Source of the DNA: Myxococcota bacterium
GTDB taxonomy: Bacteria; Myxococcota_A; UBA9160; UBA6930
Reading direction: 5' to 3'
Assembly (NCBI GenBank): GCA_965223415.1
Contig: OZ245002.1
Location: forward strand, 1,216,001 to 1,280,000
DNA length: 64,000 bases
This document shows positions 47,583 through 56,865 of this stretch, in pieces. Each line of letters opens with the position of its first letter. The stretch's first letter is position 1. The position numbers were made by a program, and so were the translations under genes. The notes below the pieces were generated by a model that made no database searches, had not been told where the DNA came from, and worked only from the letters and a program-made list of their open reading frames with translations.

Positions 47583-49298
47583 ATGCATGAAGGTCAGCTC
47601 TTCATCTTCCTGCTCCAAGTGCTCCTGCTGCTAGGGATCGCTCGGGGCGCCGGCGAGATCCTGACCCGCTGGTCCCAGCCTGCGCTCGTCGGCGAGATTT
47701 TGGTCGGCGTCCTCCTCGGACCGACGATCCTCGGACGGGCGGCGCCCGAGCTGCAGGCCGCCATCTTCCCCGTCGATCCCGTCCAGCACGCGATGCTCGA
47801 GGCGCTCTCGTGGTTCGGCGTGCTGTTCCTGCTGCTCGAGACAGGACTCGAGATCGACGTGAGCGCGGCTTGGCGACAGCGGGGTCCCGCCTTGCGCATC
47901 GGCATCATCGGCGTGCTGGTGCCACTGGCCGTCGGCTTCGTGCTCACGCTCGCACTCCCGGCGAGCTACTTCCCCGACCCAGACCACCCGTACCCGTTCG
48001 CGCTCTTCCTTGGCACGACGATGGCGATCAGCGCGATGGTCATCATCGCGCGCGTCCTCCACGACCTCGACCTGGTGAAGAGCGACCTCGGACTCGTGAC
48101 GCTGTGCGGCTACGCCGTCAACGACCTGCTCGCGTGGCTGATCTTCAGCATGGTGCTCGCCTATGCGACGAGCCAGACAACGGACCTCTGGGGAGTGGTC
48201 GGTCTGCTCGCGCTTACCGTCGCGTTCGTCGCACTGTGCCTCACGATCGGCTTGCGTCTCGTAGAAGGCGCGATCACATCGCTCGCCCGCCGCTACCCGA
48301 ACCAGCCGGGCTTCGTGTTGAGCGCGGTCTGCTGTTTCGGTCTCCTGATCGGGACGATCACGGAGTGGATGGGTGTCACGGCGCTGCTCGGGTTCTTCCT
48401 CGCCGGCATCATGGCCGGGCAGACGCGCGCGCTCTCCGAGCGGACCCGCCAGATCATCTCGCAGATGGTCCACTCGATCTTCGTGCCGCTCTACTTCGCG
48501 AGCATCGGGCTCGGCCTCGACTTCTTGATGAACTTCGATGCGCTCATCGTCGCCTTCGTCACCATCGTGTCGATCGTCGCGAAGTTCGCGGGCGCGTGGC
48601 TTGGCGCGATCGGCTCGAACCTGTCGAGCGAGGACCGCATCTCCGTAGGCATCGCGTTCACGCCGAGCGGGGTTACTGGCATCGTCGTGGCCGGCGTCGC
48701 GCTCGACGCCGGCATCCTGACCGCGACGGTCTTTGTCGCGATCGTTGTCTCGACGATCGTCTCGTGCCTGCTCGTCGCGCCGTGGCTCGAGTGGTCGATT
48801 CGCCGACGCAAGGCCGTGAGCATCCTCGACTTTCTCCATCGACGCGCGGTCGTCCCGGACCTCCGAGGTGCGACACGCTGGGACGCGATCGACGAGCTCT
48901 GCGCGTCGGTCTCCGAGTTGGCGGGGATGCCGCCGCGCGAGCAGATCGTCGAAGCCGTTCGTGCGCGCGAGGAGGCCGCGGGGACGGCAGTCGGCCATGG
49001 CATCGCGATCCCCCACGCACGGATGACGAGCCTGCGCAGCCCCACGTTGGCCCTCGGCCGCTCGGAGGGCGGGGTCGAATGGGACGCCCCCGATGGAGAA
49101 CCGGTGCGACTCGCGTTCCTGCTTCTCACGCCCGAGAGCGGGCACGGCCTGCAGCTGCAGATCCTCGCCGCGATCGCGGCCGCGATGGTCGACGAGCAGG
49201 CGCGCGCGAGCATCGCGACCGCGCCCGACGCCGCCGCGATCCTCCTCGCGTTTCGGGAGGCGCTTCGACGGCAGGACCTCGCGCAGGTCGCGACGTGA
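47583..49298 (+). CDS. Cation:proton antiporter (CPA2) fused to a PTS EIIA domain
   Basis: QPALVGEILVGVLLGP, many TMs; RE...TAVGHGIAIPHAR. Confidence 0.9.
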   Translation: MHEGQLFIFLLQVLLLLGIARGAGEILTRWSQPALVGEILVGVLLGPTILGRAAPELQAAIFPVDPVQHAMLEALSWFGVLFLLLETGLEIDVSAAWRQRGPALRIGIIGVLVPLAVGFVLTLALPASYFPDPDHPYPFALFLGTTMAISAMVIIARVLHDLDLVKSDLGLVTLCGYAVNDLLAWLIFSMVLAYATSQTTDLWGVVGLLALTVAFVALCLTIGLRLVEGAITSLARRYPNQPGFVLSAVCCFGLLIGTITEWMGVTALLGFFLAGIMAGQTRALSERTRQIISQMVHSIFVPLYFASIGLGLDFLMNFDALIVAFVTIVSIVAKFAGAWLGAIGSNLSSEDRISVGIAFTPSGVTGIVVAGVALDAGILTATVFVAIVVSTIVSCLLVAPWLEWSIRRRKAVSILDFLHRRAVVPDLRGATRWDAIDELCASVSELAGMPPREQIVEAVRAREEAAGTAVGHGIAIPHARMTSLRSPTLALGRSEGGVEWDAPDGEPVRLAFLLLTPESGHGLQLQILAAIAAAMVDEQARASIATAPDAAAILLAFREALRRQDLAQVAT

Positions 49299-49312
49299 AG
49301 GCGATCGGCCGG

Positions 49313-49333
49313 ACCAGGCTTCGAACCTGGGGG
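49313..49333 (+). repeat. Third, short att-like copy (anticodon stem-loop of tRNA-Arg)
   Basis: ACCAGGCTTCGAACCTGGGGG identical to 1038-1058. Confidence 0.85.
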
Positions 49334-49364
49334 GCCTATATCGCGAGTACATAGATAGGAACCG

Positions 49365-49548
49365 ATGAGCGAAATCCCGGAACGGATTGACTCAGGCCGA
49401 TTTCGCTCGGGCCATCGAGATCAGCGTCCACACGCTGCGCAACTGGGAGCAGGGACGGCGGCGGCCCGAGGGGCCCGTGATTGCTCTGCTGCGAATCGCT
49501 GCGCGGCATCCCAGGATCATCCGCGAGAACCTGAAATCGGCAGCCTGA
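49365..49548 (+). pseudogene. Broken XRE/HigA-like HTH gene
   Basis: ATG at 49365 is out of frame with GLTQADFARAIEISVHTLRNWEQGRRRPEGP. Confidence 0.75.
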
Positions 49549-49568
49549 CTCGCCCATGAGCTGCGGAT

Positions 49569-51815
49569 TCAGCTCACGGGCGTTCGGGCGTAGTCCACGA
49601 AGATGGGCGAGGACCAGGCGCGCGGCTCGGCCGGTGACAAGCAGTCGTCCTCGTAGGGCGCGGAGGCGCCGCAGGGCTCGACACTCACGCAGTTCCCGTC
49701 CGCGTCGTAGGTGCAGCGCAGCGGGTTCGAGCCGTGGATCAGCTGGTCCTCGGCCTCGATCGCACGCACGTAGTAGATCGTGTCGCGACGCGCTTCCGCG
49801 AACCCCGGGTCGGCGAACTCGACCACGCAGCCGTTGCCGTCGGCCGGACAGGGCAGCACGCGCCAGGGATCCTCGACGAGCGGGTCGACCGGCTCGTCGG
49901 CCCGGGTCTGGGGCCGGATGCGCACGACCTCGATGCGGGTGATCGGCCGCCGCACGTCGCCCGGGTGGTCGCACTCGCCCAGGCAGACGCGCCGGGTGCG
50001 CTCCTCGCCCAGCGCGGCGATGGCCGAAGCGGGACAGCCCGGCTTCTGCTCGAAGGACCCGGCCGCGCGTACGCGGAAACGCGGCGGGTCGGAACGGCGC
50101 ACCACCTGACCCATCGGCACCCGACGCTCGCCGTCGATCAAGTCGAACCACAACAGGATGCGGCGACCGCTGGTCGCGTAGACCTCCTTGCGCTGGAGCG
50201 CCTCCCAGATCGACTGGCGATCGCGACCTGTGGAGTGGGCGGCCACCAGGCCTCCGGTGGCCAGGTACGCCGAGGAGCGCTCCGTCTCGAAGAGCTGTAA
50301 CGGGCTCATGCCCGCCGCGTCGAAAGGCACCGCCTCGGCGACCGGTTCGCCCTCCGCGTGCTGGCCGAACAGACCTCCACCAGGCGCGTCGATCCCCTCG
50401 ACCCGGCCGCGGCCGTCGCTCATCTCCCCGCGACGCAGCTCCTTGTAGCCGGTGCCCGGTCGCGCGGTGTGGATGTCGCTCGAGCCGATGAATCCGAAGT
50501 CGAAGCGTTTGGGATCCTCGGGGTCAGTGAAATCGCGGACCGCCAGCATGTACTGGGCGCTCGACCGTGGTCGGAAGTTGAAGGCCGGCTGGAACATGTC
50601 CGGCGCCTGTCCGGCGTCGAGCCAGTCGGCGATCGGCTGGCCCGGAAGCGTCTTCCATCCGGCCTGGTGATGGTCGACGTACATCTGGCGCGCTTCTTCG
50701 GCCCGCCGCGCGCACTCCACGGCATCGATGCCCTGGGTCCTGCACGTCGCTTCGATCAACGCGCCAGCTCGCCAGCAGCTCGGCGTGTAGCCGTAGCTGG
50801 GCGCCGGGCAACTCTGGCTGCCGTCCGCCGCCACGTCGACCTCGCGCCACGGCGGCAGCTGCTCGGAGTTGCCGTGCCCGGAGTACAGCTCGAGCAGAGT
50901 CTGGCGCTTCGGGTCCTGGCCGGGCAGCTGCTTGCGCCAGTCCGAACCCGCGGGCGTATACATCCCCCAGGCCGTGCCGTGGGGGATCACGATCGACGGC
51001 ACGCCCCAGTCGTCGAGCTTGGCGAAGAGCGTCTCGGGATCGGGGGCCGCCTCCAGGCAGTCGGCGGGAAGCTCACGAACCGGCACACCCTGGGGACAGC
51101 GCTCGGCGGAGAAGAACTCGGAGAAGAACCGCGCGGTGTCGTGCCCGCGTTCGCCGAGCACCATCGCCAAACCGGCGCGCTGCAGCACGCCCGGAAGCTG
51201 CAGGCTCCGGGTCGCGGGCGAGACTGCTCCGATGGGGCGCGTCGGCACCTGGCCGTCGTCGGTGTGCAGCAGCACCACGTTCTTGTGCCCGTAGTGGTTC
51301 TCGGGCGTGTTGCCGATGTGGCTCCACTCCCAGCCCAGGTAGGTCACCAGATCCGGGTCGGAGGCATCTCCCGCCACCGCATTGCACTGGCGCACGGCGT
51401 CCACGGTCTCCGACCAGAGGCGCGCGTGGAGGTTCTCGGCGTGATCGTTGATCGACCAGAAGTCCAGGTTGGAGCAGAAGCGCGCGAAGTCACAGGCATC
51501 GGCCGGCGGCAGACTGCCCGGGCCGCCCCCTGCCGGCTGGTTCATCATGAGGGCGTCGAAGCTGAACGTGGTGTGAACGTGGAAGTCGCCGAACAGGATC
51601 TGCTTGGAGGCGTCGGCGCTCAGGGCCGAGATCGCCCGTTGCTGCGCGGCGCGGGCCGCAGCGCGAACCTGTGGCGAGCGCTCCCTGACGACCGGCTCGC
51701 CGGCCGTCTCCGGCTCGCCGAACCATCCCATGCCCACCGCGTACACGCCGGCGCCGAGCAGCGCCAGCACCACCACCAGTCCCGAAGCGATCCGTGCCCA
51801 CATCGTGGTACGCAT
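49569..51815 (-). CDS. DUF3604 domain protein (PHP-like)
   Basis: FGDFHVHT, INDHAE, SSDIHTARPG, YATSG, RAWSSPIF. Confidence 0.9.
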   Translation of the reverse strand: MRTTMWARIASGLVVVLALLGAGVYAVGMGWFGEPETAGEPVVRERSPQVRAAARAAQQRAISALSADASKQILFGDFHVHTTFSFDALMMNQPAGGGPGSLPPADACDFARFCSNLDFWSINDHAENLHARLWSETVDAVRQCNAVAGDASDPDLVTYLGWEWSHIGNTPENHYGHKNVVLLHTDDGQVPTRPIGAVSPATRSLQLPGVLQRAGLAMVLGERGHDTARFFSEFFSAERCPQGVPVRELPADCLEAAPDPETLFAKLDDWGVPSIVIPHGTAWGMYTPAGSDWRKQLPGQDPKRQTLLELYSGHGNSEQLPPWREVDVAADGSQSCPAPSYGYTPSCWRAGALIEATCRTQGIDAVECARRAEEARQMYVDHHQAGWKTLPGQPIADWLDAGQAPDMFQPAFNFRPRSSAQYMLAVRDFTDPEDPKRFDFGFIGSSDIHTARPGTGYKELRRGEMSDGRGRVEGIDAPGGGLFGQHAEGEPVAEAVPFDAAGMSPLQLFETERSSAYLATGGLVAAHSTGRDRQSIWEALQRKEVYATSGRRILLWFDLIDGERRVPMGQVVRRSDPPRFRVRAAGSFEQKPGCPASAIAALGEERTRRVCLGECDHPGDVRRPITRIEVVRIRPQTRADEPVDPLVEDPWRVLPCPADGNGCVVEFADPGFAEARRDTIYYVRAIEAEDQLIHGSNPLRCTYDADGNCVSVEPCGASAPYEDDCLSPAEPRAWSSPIFVDYARTPVS

Positions 51816-51851
51816 GGCGTCACGAACCGCGAGAGAGCGCGAGCGGAACGG

Positions 51852-53516
51852 TCACGGCGCCTCGGCGTCCTCCGCGCGGTGCGCTGGCTCGAAGACGAAG
51901 CCCTCGTAGTCCTTGCTCGCGACTTCGGCGATGCGGTGGTAGTAGAGCATGCCCCCGAGGTACGCGGAGAAATAGCGGGGCTTGCCGGGGATGTTGGCGC
52001 CCGTCCACCAGGAGTCGGTGCGGGGAAAGAGCGTGGCGTTCGCGATCCCGGTGACCTCGTTGCCCCAGGCCTCTTCGCTGTCGGTCGTGGGCTCGACGGC
52101 CCCGACCCCTTGCTGGTGCAGATGGCGCATGAAGTCGCCGATCCAGTCGATCTGGCGCTCCGCGCCGAGCGGCATGTTGTAGAAGACGCCGGGCGACCCG
52201 GGACCGTGGATCATGAACAGGTTGGGAAAGCCGGCAATCGTGAGACCGAGGTAGTTGTGGAAGCGGTCCTGCCATCTCTCCTCCAGGCTCATCTCCCCGC
52301 GTCCCTTGGGGTTGAGACGCAGCATCGAGCCGCTGATGGCATCGAAGCCGGTCGCCAGCACGAGCATGTCGATGGGGTGCTCGCCCGTCCTGGTCACCAC
52401 GCTGGTGGGCGTGAACCGCTCGATGGGGTCCTCGCGCAGGTCGACCAACGTCACGTTGTCGCGGTTGTAGGCCTCGAAGTAGCCGTCCTCCAGAATCGGC
52501 CGCTTGGTCATCACGAAGTGGTCGGGCATCAGCTTTTCGGCGATCTTGGGGTCGCGCACGATCCCGCGGATCTTGGCGCGCACGAAGTCGGCCAGCGTCT
52601 GGTTGGCTTCCTCGCTGGTCGCGATGTCGTTGTAGAGGTTCAGGAAGAACCCGAAGCCACCTCGCTGCCACAGCCTCTCGTACAGCGCCTCCCGCTGCTC
52701 GGGAGTGTCTTCGAGGGCGGAGCGCTCTGGGTTCGGATCGAAGGGGAAGCCCCCGGCGTTCGCGTGCATCTTCGCGCGGATGGCCGCGAAGTCCGCTCTC
52801 GCTTCCGCCATCTCCTCGGGTGTGAGAGGGCGGTTCCTTGCCGGGAAGGCGAACTGCGGCGTGCGCTGCAGGACGGTCACGTGCGCCGCCTCCTTGGCGA
52901 TCTCGGGGATCGACTGGATCCCCGAGGAGCCGGTACCGATCACGGCGACGCGCTTGCCTTCGAAGGAGACCGGCTCGTGCGGCCACGTTCCGGTGTGGTA
53001 GCACTCGCCCGCGAAGTCGTGGATCCTCGGGATGTCGGGCATGTTCGCCGTCGAGAGCGCGCCCACCGCACAGATCAGGAACGGGGCAGTTGCGCGCACC
53101 CCGGTGTTGGTCTCCACCGTCCAGCGCTGTGCCTCTTCGTCGTAGCGGGCGTCCTGCACCCAGGTCTCGAACCGGATGTCGCGGCGGAGGTCGAACCGAT
53201 CAGCAACGTGTTCGAGGTACGCCAGTACCGCGGACCACTCGGACTGGGTCTCTTCCCAGTCCCACTCCTTCATGAGCTCTTCCGAGAACGTGTAGCAGTA
53301 GAACGGGCTCCCCGGGCCATCGACCCGTGCTCCCGGGTAGCGGTTGTGCCACCAGGTGCCGCCGATGTCGCTGGCGCCGTCGTACACGCGGACCGAAAGG
53401 CCCATCTCGCGCAGGTGATGCAGGGCGTACATCCCGCTGACACCCGCTCCGATGACCACCACGTCGTAGTGCTCGATTCGCTCGCTCTTTCGCGGTGACT
53501 GGTTCGTGCTCGTCAT
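51852..53516 (-). CDS. Baeyer-Villiger monooxygenase
   Basis: GAGVSG, GGTWWHNRYPG, FAGECYHTGTWP, GTGSSG, ATGFD. Confidence 0.95.
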   Translation of the reverse strand: MTSTNQSPRKSERIEHYDVVVIGAGVSGMYALHHLREMGLSVRVYDGASDIGGTWWHNRYPGARVDGPGSPFYCYTFSEELMKEWDWEETQSEWSAVLAYLEHVADRFDLRRDIRFETWVQDARYDEEAQRWTVETNTGVRATAPFLICAVGALSTANMPDIPRIHDFAGECYHTGTWPHEPVSFEGKRVAVIGTGSSGIQSIPEIAKEAAHVTVLQRTPQFAFPARNRPLTPEEMAEARADFAAIRAKMHANAGGFPFDPNPERSALEDTPEQREALYERLWQRGGFGFFLNLYNDIATSEEANQTLADFVRAKIRGIVRDPKIAEKLMPDHFVMTKRPILEDGYFEAYNRDNVTLVDLREDPIERFTPTSVVTRTGEHPIDMLVLATGFDAISGSMLRLNPKGRGEMSLEERWQDRFHNYLGLTIAGFPNLFMIHGPGSPGVFYNMPLGAERQIDWIGDFMRHLHQQGVGAVEPTTDSEEAWGNEVTGIANATLFPRTDSWWTGANIPGKPRYFSAYLGGMLYYHRIAEVASKDYEGFVFEPAHRAEDAEAP

Positions 53517-53580
53517 TCCTTGCTCCTGCTTGACAGCGACTATAGCCGCGACCGGGTCGTTTCAGTAGCGCGCCGATCGT

Positions 53581-53809
53581 CTAGGACCCGGAGACGTCGT
53601 CGGCGACGGGGGTGGCGATGGAGGCGCCACTGCGCTTGTACCGCGCCTTGCGCTCGGCGCTCCACGGGTCGATTTCGTCCTTGAGTACGCCCGCGGCGAG
53701 CAGCGAGGTTGATGGCCCGCGCCTCATGGGGGAGACCGCACTCTTCGAGCATGATGGTGGCATTCCACCCGTTGGGGGTGGGAGACGCAGAGACCTGGAT
53801 GGAGTCCAT
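53581..53809 (-). pseudogene. Internally deleted glutathione S-transferase (YfcG/YghU-like)
   Basis: PTPNGW...IMLEECGLP N-terminus joined to an out-of-frame C-terminal tail. Confidence 0.65.
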
Positions 53810-53934
53810 GGCACAGGCCTCTCGGGAGGCGGCTACTCGTCGGCATGCTAGCGCGGGTCCCGTGCAGTCGTTCCGAGATCGACGGGACCTGTGATGGGCA
53901 TTGCGCGCCGCGACGAGGGACGCAGAATACGTCC

Positions 53935-54938
53935 ATGCCCGACCGACCGTTGCGCGTGATCGGCCTCCCGATGTCGCCCTACTCGCTCAAAGTGCGCGCG
54001 TACCTGCGCTACAAGACGATCCCGTTCGAGTGGATCGACCGCAACCGGCGCAACGAGAAGCTGTTCCAACGGCATGCGCGCGTGCAGCTGATCCCGCTCG
54101 TTCTCTTCCCGAACGGCGAGGCGATGCAGGACTCGACGCCTATCATCGAACAGCTCGAAGAGGAGTACCCGGAGCCTTCGATCCATCCGAAAGCCCCGGC
54201 GCCGCGCTTCCTCTCGGCCCTGCTCGAGGAGTACGGAGACGAGTGGTGCAACAAGCTGATGTTCCAGTACCGCTGGGCCCGAGAGAGGACGCACGTTCGG
54301 CGGCGAAGCGGATCTCGGACCAGATGCTCCGCGGTTCGCCTCTCCGCCCGCTCCAACCGCTGCTGGTGCCGTTCATCCACCGACGGATGGTCCCGCGCAT
54401 GGCCTTCGCCGGAGCCAACGAGACGAACGCGCCGCACCTTCAGGAGTCGTGGTTCCGAACGGTCGAGCTGCTCGACGCACACCTGGCGAACCGCGCGTAT
54501 CTGTTCGGCGCCCGGCCCTCCTTCGGCGACTTCGGGATCTGGGGAAACCTGAACCAGGCCTACTCCGACCCGACTTGCGGACGGCACATCCGCGAGACGG
54601 CGCCGGCGCTCGAGCGATGGATCCTGCGCATGGACGATCCCGCTGCGGAAGGAGCGTTCGAGGAGCTCCATGCGCTGCTTCCGACACTCGGACCGCTCCT
54701 GGAAGAACAGGTCGCCGGGCGCTTCCTCCCCTGGAGCGTGGCGAACGAGAAGGCCCTCGCGGCGGGCGAAGACCGGACGCGCCTCGTCTTCGACGGGCAG
54801 CCCTACGAACAGAAGACCTTCAAGTACCACGCGTGGTCGCTCGACCAGCTGCGCCGGAAGCTCGAGCCGATGCGCGACGATCCGGCGTTGCGGAAGGTCC
54901 TGACGAAGACCGGCTGCGCGGAGTGGCTCTTCACCTGA
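53935..54938 (+). pseudogene. Glutathione S-transferase family gene with one frameshift (possible sequencing error)
   Basis: SPYSLKVRAYL...QDSTPIIE; frame changes at GGG 54275-54277. Confidence 0.8.
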
Positions 54939-54956
54939 CCTTCGCCGGGCGCCGTC

Positions 54957-55160
54957 TGGCAGGACCCGGACTTCGCCGCCTCGCGCGACGCGGTGTACTA
55001 CGCGCGCGTGCTCGAGAACCCGAGCTGCCGCTGGAGCTCGATCCAGTGCATGGCGATTCCGGAGGCGGAGCGGCCCGATGGCTGCGCGCACCCGCGCATC
55101 GACAAGACGATCCAGGAGCGCGCCTGGACCTCGCCGGTCTGGTATTCGCCGGACGCGTGA
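54957..55160 (+). pseudogene. DUF3604 C-terminal fragment
   Basis: WQDPDF...YYARVLENPSCRWS...IQERAWTSPVWY with no N-terminus. Confidence 0.8.
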
Positions 55161-55469
55161 TCCAACCCCATCCGCGCACGGGCGGGGAAGCGGTCATGCC
55201 GACCCGGACCGCCCGCCGCGTCCGTGGTCAGCCGGATTCCGCCGTCCGGGACCGGCAGGCCGAGAGCTGCGTCCGAAGGAGCCCCGCCTCGCGATGGTGG
55301 ATGCCCGCCTGGTACCGGGAGTCGGCGAGCATAGCGAGCATGGGCCCCGGCTCCGCGACCACGTCGAGCAGCACGCCGGACACGAGACCGACGTGTCCAC
55401 CGACCTCTTTCGCGGCCCGGGCGACCCGCGACTCGGAGGTCCTTCGGCTCTTCCGGCCCGACGCCGCCG

Positions 55470-56248
55470 GGCGGTCGGGCGAGACCCATGCGACGGTGGT
55501 GAACGATCTCCGCGAAGAGCGCCTCGAACGCGACGTCCGGTCGGCCACGCAGCTCTCCCCGGGGCCACGCCTCCGTCGGCCACGGCGTTCCGGGCGGCTG
55601 GGTCGGGAGCGGGAGGAGCGAGCGGTCGGGCATGGATGGAGAGTAGTGCGCCGAGCCAGCCAGTCGGCTAAGCGGCCTCCTCGACCTCGTCCGCGCGGAG
55701 GAGCCGAGGGGCCGACCAGGGACCGGACACGACCCTGATCTCCTGGTCCGTGGCGAAGAGCATCCTGCACGCGCTCGTGGGGATCCTGGTCCGAGAAGGA
55801 CGGCTCGACGTGCATCGGCCCGCACCGGTTGGAGACCCCCGCTCCGCCATCACGACCGAGCACCTGCTGCACATGGTCGACGGCCTCGACTTCATCGAGG
55901 ACTACATCGAGAGCGATGCGTCCAACGTCATCGATATGCTGTTCGGCTCCGGCAAGGCCGACGTGGCCGCCTATGCGGAAGCGCTCTCACCGGCGCATCT
56001 GCCGGGCCGGGTCTGGAGCTACTCGAGCGAGACCTCGAACATCGTGTCGGCCATCGAACGGGTCCGGGGTCTTCCACTGCTCGGGCTATCAGGGGCAGTT
56101 CATCGCGATCGATCCGTCTCGCGACGTCGTCCTCGTCCGCCTCGGACGCTCGGAGCCGGAGCAGCGCGGTGCGGTCTACCGCAGCCTCGATCGGATGCTT
56201 CGGGCCTTCCCCGTCCAGGGCGGCACGATCGGAACGGACCCGACCTAG
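55470..56248. pseudogene. Fragmented serine beta-lactamase-like hydrolase
   Basis: SWSVAKS (SxxK) and WSYSS on +; N-terminal PLPTQPPGTPWPTEAWP on the - strand; deletions and frameshift. Confidence 0.65.
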
Positions 56249-56292
56249 TCCGAACGGGGGCGGAGTCGCGAGCTTCGCGTCACACTCCTGCG

Positions 56293-56625
56293 ATGGCCTT
56301 CGGCAAGCAATCCGGCCCGCCCGCCACCCGGCAGCAGCTCGAAGAGCTCCTCGAGCTGCTCGAGCGAGCGGGCCACTCGGGCTTTCGCGACGCCCGCGGG
56401 CCGATGGGCTTCAGCCAGCGTCAGGCCGGCGGACGCTTCACGCGGGACGAGGCACAGGCCTTCATCGACCAGCTGATCGCCGAGGAGGACGCGAAGGTGG
56501 TCCCGCCGGCGCCAAAGCTCTCGATCGTGAGGCCGCCCGAGGTGGAGGCGACGCTGCGCGGGCTCTCGGACGCGGCTCTCGCCGACGAGCTGCGCCGGCG
56601 AGGCTGGACCGTCACCAAGGAGTAG
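56293..56625 (+). CDS. Small hypothetical protein
   Basis: MAFGKQSGPPA...LADELRRRGW; protein-like codon usage. Confidence 0.7.
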   Translation: MAFGKQSGPPATRQQLEELLELLERAGHSGFRDARGPMGFSQRQAGGRFTRDEAQAFIDQLIAEEDAKVVPPAPKLSIVRPPEVEATLRGLSDAALADELRRRGWTVTKE

Positions 56626-56865
56626 GGGCGCAGCGCGGCCGGCAAGCCTCCCTCGGCGAGGCCCGGGGGCCGGAGCACTGGATCGTGGCACTCGCCGGAC
56701 CCGTAACCTGCTCCTCCGGTGCGATTCGACCCCGCTCTAGGGCAGCGGGAGCCGCCGAGAGCGCCGGCGTCCGCCGCAGTCAAGCCTCTCCGGCAGGCAG
56801 CCGATAGGCAGCTTGCGGCGCGATCCCTGCGTCGGTCCGTTCCCCGCGAACACCCGGGAGGCCGA

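Noticed and set aside
50358..53498. 1046-aa plus-strand ORF
   Set aside because: Antisense to DUF3604 and BVMO; a typical high-GC artefact
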